DNA of 62,928 bases from Verrucomicrobiia bacterium (GCA_035495615.1 DATJFP010000089.1:1-62928), one strand, 5' to 3'. Counted from the first letter of the stretch, positions 1 through 9,037 are shown. Numbers and translations are program-made. Notes: generated by a model from the letters alone, not told the origin.

Positions 1-684
1 TTCCGCCAGGAAATCTGGCGTTATACCGATCCGGAACGCTCGGGCATCCTGTGGGAGCTTCTCGACGAACGGCGCCGTTTCCGCGATTACCTGGAATACG
101 TTTTGAAAATGCCGGTCATGTTCATCGTGCGCGGCGGCGACTGGATTCCGCTGGGCGGGATTTCCTTCCGCGAGTTTCTCAAGAATGGTTATCAGGGCGC
201 GCAGGCCACGCTCAACGATTTCGAGCTGCATTTGAGCACGGCATTTCCCGAGGCGCGGCTCAAACAATACCTCGAAATCCGCGGCATCGACGGACAAAGC
301 GCGGAGCTCATTCCTTCGGTCGCCGCTTTCTGGAAGGGAATCCTTTACGACGAGAAGACCCGCGACAAGGCCTGGCAGCTTGTGGCGTCCGCGACGCGCG
401 AAGAACGGCAAAGGCTCGTGGAAGAAGTCCCCCGCAAGGGGCTGCAGGCCTCTCTCGGAAAGACGCCGATCCTGGAAATCGCAAGGGAGCTTGTCGCGCT
501 TTCCTGCGCCAGTCTCGGGACTCAAACCACCGAGGAAGAAGGCCGCTCCGAATGCGTTTTCCTCAAGCGCATCCAGAAAGCCATCACCGATCCCGGCAAA
601 TCCCCGGCCGAAACCCTGCTGGAAAAATGGAACAACGAATGGCAGGGCGATATCCGGCAAATGCTGGCCTACCTTCGCATTTGA
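1..684 (+). CDS. gshA: glutamate--cysteine ligase, GCS2/plant type, C-terminal part (5' end outside window)
   Basis: Frame 1 is open from nt 1 to TGA 682-684. Translation ...NDFELHLSTAFPEARLKQYLEIRGIDG...AAFWKGILYDE... matches the conserved C-terminal core of GCS2-family gamma-glutamylcysteine synthetases. Confidence 0.8.
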   Translation, partial: FRQEIWRYTDPERSGILWELLDERRRFRDYLEYVLKMPVMFIVRGGDWIPLGGISFREFLKNGYQGAQATLNDFELHLSTAFPEARLKQYLEIRGIDGQSAELIPSVAAFWKGILYDEKTRDKAWQLVASATREERQRLVEEVPRKGLQASLGKTPILEIARELVALSCASLGTQTTEEEGRSECVFLKRIQKAITDPGKSPAETLLEKWNNEWQGDIRQMLAYLRI

Positions 685-685
685 G

Positions 686-783
686 TTTCCTTCGGCGCTC
701 CTTCGCTTCAAATCCTGCCATAAAATAAAAAAGCGCCAAGGCGGATGCCTTGACGCTTTTAAGAGGGTCGGGATGGCAGGATT
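686..783. repeat. direct repeat copy 1 (98 nt, 3 mismatches to 858-955)
   Basis: tttccttcggcGctccttcgcttcaaatcctgccataaaataaaaaagcgccaaggcggaTgccttgacgcttttaagaGggtcgggatggcaggatt recurs at an offset of 172 nt. It contains a terminator hairpin plus the last 19 nt of the tRNA-Pro sequence. Confidence 0.9.
722..760. terminator. bidirectional intrinsic terminator-like hairpin (downstream of gshA)
   Basis: An A-run (722-732) is followed by stem gcgccaaggc (733-742), loop ggat, stem gccttgacgc (747-756, 1 mismatch) and TTTT (757-760). Confidence 0.6.
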
Positions 784-824
784 GGCTCCTGCGCTCGGAC
801 GGAGCCTCGCTGTGTAGCCTCCCC
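765..824 (-). pseudogene. decayed tRNA-Pro remnant
   Basis: It aligns to the functional tRNA at 937-1014. The acceptor 3' half and T-stem (cctgc) are kept, and the 5' end gctgtgtagcctcccc matches gctgtgctacatcccg. The T-loop is mutated, about 18 nt of the anticodon-arm region are missing, and CCA has become CCC. Confidence 0.5.
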
Positions 825-857
825 TCAGTCGCTTCCGGCGGTCTTCGACTTACGCCT

Positions 858-955
858 TTTCCTTCGGCTCTCCTTCGCTTCAAATCCTGCCATAAAATAA
901 AAAAGCGCCAAGGCGGACGCCTTGACGCTTTTAAGATGGTCGGGATGGCAGGATT
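858..955. repeat. direct repeat copy 2
   Basis: See copy 1. This copy overlaps the 3' end of the intact tRNA-Pro and its downstream terminator. Confidence 0.9.
894..932. terminator. bidirectional terminator-like hairpin downstream of tRNA-Pro
   Basis: Same hairpin as 722-760 (gcgccaaggc ggac gccttgacgc), flanked by A-run and T-run. Confidence 0.6.
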
Positions 956-1014
956 TGAACCTGCGACCTCTTGCTCCCGAAGCAAGCGCACTAGCCAAGC
1001 TGTGCTACATCCCG
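937..1014 (-). tRNA. tRNA-Pro (anticodon CGG), CCA encoded
   Basis: The reverse complement cgggatgtagcacagcttggctagtgcgcttgcttcgggagcaagaggtcgcaggttcaaatcctgccatcccgacca folds by hand into a canonical cloverleaf. Elements: 7-bp acceptor, 4-bp D stem, anticodon stem cttgc/gcaag with loop ttCGGga, T arm gcagg-ttcaaat-cctgc. Confidence 0.85.
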
Positions 1015-1225
1015 ATGAAGAGCAGAAGAGCTGGAAAGGACGGCATTATATACAAATCGACCGTAAATTTCAGTAAAAACTCTTATCGAGAAGGTTTTGC
1101 CTGATTTTCGGTGAGCCAAAGCCTCAGCCCCGCCTCCTCCTAACCCGGCTCAAAGATGCACGTCCTGCCGATAGCGGGAAGCCGCCTTTTATTGCAAAGT
1201 ACGACAGTAACCCTCTGGAGGTTTT

Positions 1226-1606
1226 ATGAAAACATTTATTTTAGTTTGGGCGCTCATGGGAGTTGCGGCGGTCCCGGCGTGGGCCGAAGCCATCACGGGG
1301 CGCGTCGTGCAGATCGATCCTCAAAGCAATACGTTCATGGTCAAAGCCGACAATGCGGGGGGAGAACAAATCACCCTTATCCGCTGGAAAGGTTCGGACG
1401 GACCGGTCCTCCGCAAAATCCAGCTTGGCGAACCGGTCACGGCCATTGTCGAGACGGAAAGCGACGGATGGATCCTGCAGAGCATCTCTTCGCCCACGCA
1501 AATCACCGAAGGCTACGCAACGGCGGAGCGCGCGCCTTCTGACCGCGGCGCCGGCGCGGAATCCGTCGGCGAAACGCAATCCGACGAAGGACCCCGGGGA
1601 GGTTGA
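1226..1606 (+). CDS. hypothetical secreted protein
   Basis: SD ggagg lies 5 nt upstream of the ATG. Signal peptide MKTFILVWALMGVAAVPAWA. Its end overlaps the next gene by 4 nt. No recognisable family. Confidence 0.6.
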   Translation: MKTFILVWALMGVAAVPAWAEAITGRVVQIDPQSNTFMVKADNAGGEQITLIRWKGSDGPVLRKIQLGEPVTAIVETESDGWILQSISSPTQITEGYATAERAPSDRGAGAESVGETQSDEGPRGG

Positions 1607-2010
1607 AAGATCGCATGCGCCTTTTTATCGGAGTCCTGCTTGCCGCGATATTTTTAGGACCGCTTCCTGGTTTTGCGGAGGAGGCCGCAGCTCGCGGAGA
1701 ATATCTGACGCGCCGCGCGTCCATGTGCGTAGAATGCCATACACCGCGAGACGCGAAGGGAAATCTCCTCGAGTCAAAGCTTTTTCATGGCGCACCCGTG
1801 CCGGTGCTCCAGCCGGAATTCGCCACTGCGTGGGCGCTCCGCGCCCCGAATCTCACGGGCTGGCCCGGTTACACTCACGAGCAGGCCGTGCATTTTCTCC
1901 AGACCGGCGAGCGGCCCAACGGGACGCACGCGCGGCCGCCCATGCCGCAATACCGATTGAATTCCGAAGACGCGGAAGCCGTGGTGGCTTATCTTCAGGG
2001 GCTTCACTAA
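1603..2010 (+). CDS. mono-haem c-type cytochrome
   Basis: Signal peptide, single CVECH haem-binding motif and a distal Met (PPMPQY). Start may be TTG 1603 or ATG 1615. Confidence 0.75.
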   Translation: MKDRMRLFIGVLLAAIFLGPLPGFAEEAAARGEYLTRRASMCVECHTPRDAKGNLLESKLFHGAPVPVLQPEFATAWALRAPNLTGWPGYTHEQAVHFLQTGERPNGTHARPPMPQYRLNSEDAEAVVAYLQGLH

Positions 2011-2138
2011 ATCGGCCCGTAAGGTTTTTCCCGTATTTTTAAAAGTTTGTAAGTGAATTCCTTACGAGAGCGTTTTTTTTCCGTGAAACCAAAGAAAATC
2101 AATCTCAGTTGTTTCCGTTTCGGATAAAATATCCTCAC

Positions 2139-3671
2139 ATGGCCACTCAGCCGATTAATGCTCAAATTCACGAACCTCTGCGGCCCGCGGACGATGCCTA
2201 CCGCCTCATGGTGGCCAGCGTTCAGGACTATGCTATTTTCCTGCTCGATCCCGCTGGACTTATTCAAACTTGGAACAAAGGCGCGGAACGCATCAACGGC
2301 TACAAGGCGGATGAAATCATCGGGCGTCATTTTTCCCTCCTGTACGAGCCTGACGACATTCAGAAAGGGAAGCCGGATCTTGAACTGAGAGAGGCTCTGA
2401 AACGCGGGAGCGTTAGGGATCAAGGCTGGCGGCTCCGCAAGGACGGCAGCCGGTTTTGGGCGGACGTCACGCTCACGGCGCTGCATGGCGAGGACGGTAC
2501 AACGCGCGGGTTCTGCAAAGTAACCCGGGACATGACCGAGCAGAAGGCCGCTGAAGATAAGATGCGGCTGAGCGATGAGCGCCTGCGCCTGATGATCGAG
2601 AGCGTTCAGGATTATGCCATCTACATGCTGGACCCCGAGGGCAACATCGCCAGCTGGAACGTCGGGGCCGAACGCAACAAGGGGTATAAGGCGGCCGAAA
2701 TTCTGGGGAAGCATTTTTCCGTTTTCTACACGGACCCGGATCTCAAAAACAAGCTCCCGCAAAGGAACCTGGAGATCGCCGTGCGCGAAGGGCATTGCGT
2801 GGATGAAGGCTGGCGCGTGCGCAAAGACGGCACCGTGTACTGGGCGTCGATCGTGATCACGCCCCTCCGGAATAAAGAAGGCGTGCTGACGGGCTTCGTC
2901 AAGGTTACGCGCGACATGAGCGAGCGCAAGCAGGCCGAAGACAAACTGGAAAAAGAAGTGCAGGAGCGGACGCGCGAGCTTCGCCAGAGCAACCGGGAGC
3001 TCGAGCAATTCGCCTACGTCGCGTCTCACGACCTTCAGGAGCCTTTGAGGACGGTCGCGACCTACATCGACCTTTTGAATGCGCGCTGCGGGGAAAAACT
3101 CGATTCGGCCAGCCGCGAATACATGAACTTTGCCATCGACGCCGCGGAGCGGGCGCGGGAGCTGATCCGCGACCTTCTCGAATTCTCCCAGACCGGCGCG
3201 AAGATCAACAGCATCAGGCCCGCCGACTTTGGCTCCATCCTGAAGCAGGTCCTGGCCAACCTGAGGGCCTCGCTGGAATCCAACCAGGCGGAAATCGAAG
3301 CGGGCCCCATGCCCATCGTGCCGGCCGACGGCGCGCGGATCCTTCAGCTGTTTCAAAATTTGATCTCCAACGCCCTTAAGTACAGGAGCGAACGGCCGTT
3401 GAAAATTAAAGTTTCCTCCGAGGAAACACCGGACAGCTGGGTTTTTTCCGTGGAGGACAATGGCATCGGGATTGCTCCCGAACATCACAAGAAAATTTTT
3501 GGACTTTTTCAGAGACTGCACGCCAAGCACAAATATCCGGGAACGGGGATCGGCCTCGCGATATGCCAGAAAATCGTCGAAGGGCATGGAGGAATGATCT
3601 GGGTCGAATCCGAGGCCGGAAAAGGTTCGACATTCAAATTCACGCTGCCCAAAGCGGACGGCGAAAAATAG
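2139..3671 (+). CDS. PAS-PAS sensor histidine kinase
   Basis: Two PAS units with W-N-x-GAE-x-x-GY...RKDGS/T.FWA, an H-box ASHDLQEPLR, and HATPase_c motifs (DNGIGI, GTGIGLAICQKIVE). The ATG at 2139 is preferred over the upstream TTG at 2109. Confidence 0.85.
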   Translation: MATQPINAQIHEPLRPADDAYRLMVASVQDYAIFLLDPAGLIQTWNKGAERINGYKADEIIGRHFSLLYEPDDIQKGKPDLELREALKRGSVRDQGWRLRKDGSRFWADVTLTALHGEDGTTRGFCKVTRDMTEQKAAEDKMRLSDERLRLMIESVQDYAIYMLDPEGNIASWNVGAERNKGYKAAEILGKHFSVFYTDPDLKNKLPQRNLEIAVREGHCVDEGWRVRKDGTVYWASIVITPLRNKEGVLTGFVKVTRDMSERKQAEDKLEKEVQERTRELRQSNRELEQFAYVASHDLQEPLRTVATYIDLLNARCGEKLDSASREYMNFAIDAAERARELIRDLLEFSQTGAKINSIRPADFGSILKQVLANLRASLESNQAEIEAGPMPIVPADGARILQLFQNLISNALKYRSERPLKIKVSSEETPDSWVFSVEDNGIGIAPEHHKKIFGLFQRLHAKHKYPGTGIGLAICQKIVEGHGGMIWVESEAGKGSTFKFTLPKADGEK

Positions 3672-3678
3672 GAGCGCT

Positions 3679-4098
3679 ATGAGAATTCTTTTAGTCGAGG
3701 ATAATGACGCAGACCGCAGGGCCATTCAGGAGGCATTTCTTGCCAATGGCTGTTCCACCGCATTGACGATCGTCGAAGACGGCGACAAGGCCCTGCAGTA
3801 TATTTTTCATCAGGGGGAGTACGCTGCCGCCGAGACACCGGACCTCATCCTTCTCGACCTCAATCTTCCCGGGACCCACGGCATGGAAGTGCTGCGCCGG
3901 GTCAAAGGCGATCCCGCGACCAGGAACATTCCCGTCATCGTCCTGACGAGCTCCGCTTTCCAAAAGGACATCTGCGACGCGTACGGCCTGAGTGCGAACT
4001 GTTACATCAACAAGCCCATGCGTTTTTCCGAACTTGTGAGTCTGGTCAAAACCTTTTGCGATTTTTGGGTCAAAGAAGTAAGGTACTGCTACAAATAA
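3679..4098 (+). CDS. single-domain response regulator (receiver)
   Basis: MRILLVEDNDAD...DLILLDLNLPG...NKP is a CheY-like receiver. It starts 8 nt after the kinase stop. Confidence 0.85.
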   Translation: MRILLVEDNDADRRAIQEAFLANGCSTALTIVEDGDKALQYIFHQGEYAAAETPDLILLDLNLPGTHGMEVLRRVKGDPATRNIPVIVLTSSAFQKDICDAYGLSANCYINKPMRFSELVSLVKTFCDFWVKEVRYCYK

Positions 4099-4137
4099 CC
4101 GGCCGGTCCTGCCCGCCGCCTTTCTCCCGGAGGAAAG

Positions 4138-4857
4138 ATGAATTCCATCCCGATTAAAAATTCCGTGATCTTTGTAACCGGCGCCAACCGCGGCATCGGC
4201 AAAGCGCTGGTTGAAACCGCGCTCGAGCAGGGTGCGGCGAAAATTTATGCCGGCGCACGACGGCCGGAAACTTTGAAGGAGCTCGTGGAGAAGGGCAAGG
4301 GCCGCGTGATCGCGCTGGAGCTGGATATCACGTCCGAAGCGCAGATCCTCAAGGCTGCGGAGCGGGCGCAGGACACCGCGATTCTCGTCAATAATGCCGG
4401 AATCTCCGGTTATTCGGGCCTCGTCTCGCATTACAAAGCCGAAGGCGCTCAAAGCGAAATGAGCGTCAATTACTTCGGCACCCTGAACATGTCGCTTGCC
4501 TTTGCCCCGGTGCTGAAGAAAAACGGCGGCGGCGCGCTCGTCAACATCGTGTCCGTCGCGGCCTTCGAAACCTTCGAAGGTTTCCGCACGTATTGCGCGT
4601 CCAAGGCCGCCGAGCATTCGCTGACCGAGGGACTCCGCGAAGAACTTGCCGGACAGGGAACGTCCGTGGCCGGCGTTTATCCCGGTCCGGTCGACACGGA
4701 CATGGCCGCGGATCTCCAAATGGAAAAAGAAACGCCCCGCCAGGTCGCGCTCAATATCTGGAAAGGCCTCGAAAGCGGCGCCGAAGAAATCTGGCCCGAT
4801 CCCTATGCCGTGGAAATCGGCACCCGTCTGAAAAACGCGAGCACCGGTTTGAAATAA
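4138..4857 (+). CDS. SDR-family oxidoreductase
   Basis: Rossmann motif VTGANRGIGKA, an NNAG motif, and catalytic YxxxK (YCASK). Strong SD ggagga. Confidence 0.85.
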   Translation: MNSIPIKNSVIFVTGANRGIGKALVETALEQGAAKIYAGARRPETLKELVEKGKGRVIALELDITSEAQILKAAERAQDTAILVNNAGISGYSGLVSHYKAEGAQSEMSVNYFGTLNMSLAFAPVLKKNGGGALVNIVSVAAFETFEGFRTYCASKAAEHSLTEGLREELAGQGTSVAGVYPGPVDTDMAADLQMEKETPRQVALNIWKGLESGAEEIWPDPYAVEIGTRLKNASTGLK

Positions 4858-4963
4858 ACCGGCCGGCGCCGAATTGACTTTTTCAGACTTAGCCGCTAAT
4901 CTCTCCTCACAGCGCGTCCGTGTTGACTTGCCTTCCTCACTAAAAACTATTAGGGCTTTGCGA

Positions 4964-5185
4964 ATGAAAAAGATGCTTTGGGGGGCGATTTTTCTTGCCG
5001 TGATTTCAGGGCTTCCGGTTCCGGCGCAGGCGCAGCTCAGCGAATGCGTCATGATGTGCAACGGAAAGAAGAAGCAGGCGCTCGAGAGCTGCCCGAAAAT
5101 TCCGGCGAAAGCCTACGCGGCCTGCCTCGGCCGGGTATCCCGGGACGAAAACGATTGCAAAGAAGCCTGCCTCGCAAAACAGTAA
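4964..5185 (+). CDS. small Cys-rich secreted protein (hypothetical)
   Basis: MKKMLWGAIFLAVISGLPVPAQA signal peptide followed by a ~50-aa mature part with 6 Cys. No family recognised. Confidence 0.45.
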   Translation: MKKMLWGAIFLAVISGLPVPAQAQLSECVMMCNGKKKQALESCPKIPAKAYAACLGRVSRDENDCKEACLAKQ

Positions 5186-5271
5186 CACGACAGAAGGTGG
5201 GAAAGTGAAAGCTTCCACTGAAGCGGCATCCCGCGCCCCCTCAGCCCGCAGGGGCTCGTTCCCTCCGCGCC

Positions 5272-6672
5272 ATGCTTTTTAATTCCTCCGTATTCGCCGT
5301 TTTTTTCCTCCTTGTCTACACGCTCTACCTCCTTCTCCGGAAAAATCTGAAAGCGCAGAATTTTCTGCTGGCCGTCTCCAGCGCCGTATTTTACGGGTGG
5401 TGGGACTGGCGGTTCCTTGCGCTCATGTATTTTACGGTTACCGTGGATTACGTCATGGCGCGGGCCATTGCCGGAAGCCCGGAAGAGGGGAAGCGGAAGC
5501 TGTTTCTTGCGGCGAGCGTCGGACTCAATCTTCTCGTCCTGGGGGTTTTCAAGTATTTTAATTTCTTCCTGGGAAGCCTGAGCAAGGCTGCGCATGCCTT
5601 CGGCGCCTCCTTGAACTTTCCTTTTTTCCAAATCGTGCTGCCCGTCGGCATTTCGTTTTATACCTTTCAGTCGATCAGCTACGTCGTGGACGTTTACCGG
5701 AAGGACATCGAAGCCTCGAAGAGCTTCCTGGATTTCGCGGCTTTTGTGACTTTCTTCCCGCAGCTTGTGGCCGGGCCGATCGAGCGGGCTTCGCACCTTT
5801 TGCCGCAGATGCAGCGGCCGCGCGCGCTGCGGCTGGAATCTTTTTACGAAGGCAGCTACCTGATTTTCATCGGGCTTTTCAAGAAAGTCTACGTGGCGGA
5901 CAATCTCGCGCACCTGGTGGACAGGACTTTTTCGGGGCCGCCCTACGGCAGCGCGACGGTGATCTTGAGCCTGTATGCGTTCGCCTTCCAAATCTATTGC
6001 GATTTTTCCGGCTATTCCGACATCGCGCGCGGGCTGGGAAAGTGCATGGGCTTCGACATCATGCAAAATTTCAATCTGCCTTACTTTTCATGGAACCCGC
6101 GCGAGTTCTGGAGCCGCTGGCACATCAGCCTGTCCACCTGGCTGCGCGACTACCTTTATATTCCGCTGGGCGGGAACCGGAAGGGCACGTTCAGGACCTG
6201 CCGCAATCTCGCGCTGACGATGCTTCTCGGCGGGCTTTGGCACGGCGCGCGCGGCACCTTTGTGATCTGGGGCGCGTATCACGCCTTCCTGCTGATCGCG
6301 CACCGGCTCGCGTCGGGCCGCATGCCCAAACTTCCGGACGCGGTCAAAGCCCTCGTTTTTTTCCACCTGGTCTGTCTGGGCTGGCTTTTCTTCCGCGCAA
6401 ATTCGATCGGCCAGATCGGCCAGATGCTGGCAGCTCTGGTTTCCTCTCCGCCGGATTTTTTCGCTTACGGCCCGCGGCTTGTTCTCGCGGAAACGGCAGC
6501 CTTTACCGCCTTGCTTTTCGCGATGGAGGCTTTTCAAAACGCGAAGAAAGACCCCCTGGCCGTTTTTCATATGCCGCTTGTGCCCAGGGCCCTTTTGTAC
6601 ACGTTCATTTTTTACAGCCTTGCCACGTTCGGAGTAACGGGTGGAAAAGAATTCATCTACTTCCGGTTTTAA
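5272..6672 (+). CDS. MBOAT-family membrane O-acyltransferase (AlgI/DltB-like)
   Basis: Polytopic membrane protein with characteristic motifs ISFYTFQSISYVVDVY, FPQLVAGPIER, FWSRWHISLSTWLRDYLYIPLGGNR and LGGLWHG. Confidence 0.9.
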   Translation: MLFNSSVFAVFFLLVYTLYLLLRKNLKAQNFLLAVSSAVFYGWWDWRFLALMYFTVTVDYVMARAIAGSPEEGKRKLFLAASVGLNLLVLGVFKYFNFFLGSLSKAAHAFGASLNFPFFQIVLPVGISFYTFQSISYVVDVYRKDIEASKSFLDFAAFVTFFPQLVAGPIERASHLLPQMQRPRALRLESFYEGSYLIFIGLFKKVYVADNLAHLVDRTFSGPPYGSATVILSLYAFAFQIYCDFSGYSDIARGLGKCMGFDIMQNFNLPYFSWNPREFWSRWHISLSTWLRDYLYIPLGGNRKGTFRTCRNLALTMLLGGLWHGARGTFVIWGAYHAFLLIAHRLASGRMPKLPDAVKALVFFHLVCLGWLFFRANSIGQIGQMLAALVSSPPDFFAYGPRLVLAETAAFTALLFAMEAFQNAKKDPLAVFHMPLVPRALLYTFIFYSLATFGVTGGKEFIYFRF

Positions 6673-7690
6673 ACCGCCGGCGGCTTTTCTTCTCATGCTG
6701 GCCTTCATCGCGCTGGTAGAAGGCGTCATGGCTCCGCAAATCAGGCGCTGTTTCTGGCCGCAGCTCTTCCTTTATTCCAGGCCCTGGCATGACGCCTTGA
6801 GAATGGAAGCCGGGATTCAGAGAGCGTCCGGCGGCCCGCGCCCTCTTTATCTTTTCGGATCGAGCCAGGCCCGGGAGGGCGTGGACACCCGCCGCGCCAA
6901 CGACGCGCTGCCCGCCGGGGGCCATCCCGGAATCCAAGTGATCAATTTGGGCGTGAGCGCCGGAGGCCCGGTTGACGCCTATTTGCAGCTCGACAGGGTC
7001 CTGGCCCAAAAGCCGGCGATGATCGTCTTCCTCTCTTACCGGTGCAATCAATCCGTAAGATACCTTCCGGAGAAACTGCGGGACTTTTCATTTTCCCTGA
7101 AACAGCTTTGCCGGCTGATCCCGCTTTACGGCTTCCGAAATTTTCTGGAGGACCTCCGCGGCGAAAGCATCCCCGGCGTTGCGGCGGCTCTCCTCCTGCC
7201 GTCGACCAAATACTTCCGCTATGTTTCGAATGCCGCGGTCGTCTATCTCGCCGATGGCTTCCGGCAGGAACCGCAATGGTTTGCCTACGAGGAACGTCTG
7301 AGCGAGGCTGTTTTAGCGGAGAGGCTGAAAGAAAAGCAGGCGATGAGGCCCGAGCTGGACCGCTATGCCGCGATCAACAAAAGGGTTTTTCACGCGATGG
7401 CCGCGGAGATCATGGGGCGGGGAATCCCGTTCGCGGTCGTCGACGCGCCGCTCAATCCCCGGATCCTGGATCTGCCCAATTACGAGGCCGTATGCGCCGA
7501 TCATCTGGATTTCATGGCAAAGGAAGCCGCGGCGCTGCATTTTCCGTTTTGGCGGCAGGAAAATTATCCGCCGGCCTCGGACGCGGACTTTACGGATTTC
7601 ACGCATCTGGCTGAGTCCGGCAGGGAAAAGTTCACAGACTTCCTCATCCAGAGCGTGGTTTTGGAAACCCCGGACGGCCGCGGCGCTTAA
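6641..7690 (+). CDS. DltD/SGNH-like partner protein of the MBOAT (putative)
   Basis: N-terminal TM anchor, candidate block-I LFGSSQ and C-terminal DxxH (DFTH). It overlaps the MBOAT 3' end. Start (GTG 6641) is uncertain. Confidence 0.5.
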   Translation: MEKNSSTSGFKPPAAFLLMLAFIALVEGVMAPQIRRCFWPQLFLYSRPWHDALRMEAGIQRASGGPRPLYLFGSSQAREGVDTRRANDALPAGGHPGIQVINLGVSAGGPVDAYLQLDRVLAQKPAMIVFLSYRCNQSVRYLPEKLRDFSFSLKQLCRLIPLYGFRNFLEDLRGESIPGVAAALLLPSTKYFRYVSNAAVVYLADGFRQEPQWFAYEERLSEAVLAERLKEKQAMRPELDRYAAINKRVFHAMAAEIMGRGIPFAVVDAPLNPRILDLPNYEAVCADHLDFMAKEAAALHFPFWRQENYPPASDADFTDFTHLAESGREKFTDFLIQSVVLETPDGRGA

Positions 7691-7826
7691 GGCCGTTTGC
7701 CCCGGGAATTCAGAAAAATTCCGACAGAAAACCGCCCCTCTCCCCGGTAGCCAGAGACTTGCATCCCGGATTAGAGTAGTCGCGGGTGAGGCCTCGAACG
7801 CCTTCCCCCTAATCAAGGAGGCTGAC

Positions 7827-7946
7827 ATGAACGGGATCATCACGAAGCTGAACGAAAAAGGCGCACTTCGCGGAGGCTTGCTGCTTTGGCTTCTCGGCGT
7901 GCCGCTGCCGCTCATTCTTCTTTTTTATTTCATGCGCGGCTGCTAA
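7827..7946 (+). CDS. 39-aa small membrane protein
   Basis: SD aaggagg lies 7 nt upstream of the ATG. MNGIITKLNEKGALRGGLLLWLLGVPLPLILLFYFMRGC has one TM helix. Confidence 0.5.
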   Translation: MNGIITKLNEKGALRGGLLLWLLGVPLPLILLFYFMRGC

Positions 7947-7980
7947 TCCGGCTGCAAGCGATCTTAATCCGGCATCGCAG

Positions 7981-8010
7981 CTTCCCGGGAAGCGGAACCT
8001 TCCCGGGAAG
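7981..8010. repeat. two copies of the 12-nt palindrome CTTCCCGGGAAG separated by 6 nt
   Basis: cttcccgggaag cggaac cttcccgggaag. Lies between the small membrane-protein gene and the -10 TATAAT at 8054-8059. Confidence 0.8.
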
Positions 8011-8092
8011 AGCGCCCCACTCTTAAAATCTCGCCCCATTTTTTTATTTCCGCTATAATCGCCCTTTCCTTACCCATCATTTTGAGGATTTC

Positions 8093-9037
8093 ATGAATTG
8101 CGGCAAGTGCAAGGCCTATATCCCCGCGGGTTTGAATTTTACGCATTGCCCGGACTGCGGCGCGGATCTGGAAGAAGCTGCCCGGCGGGATCGTGAACGC
8201 CTGGAGCAGGAACGAAAAGAGGCGGACTTGCTCCAAAAGCTGACGGAGCGGGAAGGCCGGCATTTCAATTACATCGAGGCTCTCTTCTTCTCTTTTTTTT
8301 CCGCGCGTTTTTACCGCGACGTCTTCCGCCGGTGGAAGGGGAGCGGCGTTCTTTATCTTGCCTTCGTGATTCCGTTCGGGCTTATCCCGTATTTCCTCGG
8401 ATTACAGCGCCAGGCCGACGGCTACGTGGCCAGGATCGTCGAGCCTTCCGTGCGGCAGATGCCTCGGCTCACGTTTTCCAACGGGCAGATGAGCTACGAT
8501 GGGCCGAGTCCTCTGGCCATCCACAATCCCGAAGACAATTCCGTGCTTGCCGTGTTCGACACCACCAAGACGAATGCGGACCTGAAGGACATCCCGGGCT
8601 ACATCATCATGACGTCCCGCCAGCTCGCCATCCGCGAATCCAACGGCCAGGCGCGCATCGTGAATTTCTCGCCCGATGCCCATGCCGTGCTCACGTCGGA
8701 AATCGTCATGCACTGGGTCAACCAGGGCACAAGATTGTTCACGTATTTTCTGTATCCCTTTTTCTGGCTCGGCTCCTGGGTTTTTTTTCTGGTGATCTTT
8801 CTTTTTTACGCCATGCTCACCAAGCTCGTTTGCCGGCTGTTCAAGGTCCCTGCCACGTTTCAGGACGCTTACCGGCTGACGGCCATCGCGTTCACCCCGG
8901 TCCTCCTGGTCGACGGCCTCCTGTCCATCTGGTGGCCGGACGGATTGGCCGACTCGATTTCGTATTTCGGCCCGATGTTTTTTATTCTCTTCGCGGTCCT
9001 CTGCAACCGCATCCCGAAAAACATGGAGGCGGCATGA
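8093..9037 (+). CDS. zinc-ribbon membrane protein (DUF1189-like, tentative)
   Basis: N-terminal CGKC...CPDC ribbon, a coiled stretch, then multiple TM helices. TATAAT at 8054-8059 upstream. Confidence 0.55.
   Translation: MNCGKCKAYIPAGLNFTHCPDCGADLEEAARRDRERLEQERKEADLLQKLTEREGRHFNYIEALFFSFFSARFYRDVFRRWKGSGVLYLAFVIPFGLIPYFLGLQRQADGYVARIVEPSVRQMPRLTFSNGQMSYDGPSPLAIHNPEDNSVLAVFDTTKTNADLKDIPGYIIMTSRQLAIRESNGQARIVNFSPDAHAVLTSEIVMHWVNQGTRLFTYFLYPFFWLGSWVFFLVIFLFYAMLTKLVCRLFKVPATFQDAYRLTAIAFTPVLLVDGLLSIWWPDGLADSISYFGPMFFILFAVLCNRIPKNMEAA

Noticed and set aside
686-1100. Integrated mobile element at the duplicated tRNA-Pro 3' end
   Set aside because: The two repeat copies are only 172 nt apart. There is no integrase, excisionase or foreign-composition DNA between or next to them. 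It is at most a scar or a local duplication.
8332-9033. N-terminal 234 codons of track ORF 8332-11904, overlapping the 8093-9037 gene in another frame
   Set aside because: The translation is Arg/Pro/His-rich nonsense. A clean ATG at 9034 overlaps the upstream stop (ATGA) and begins a proper TM segment.
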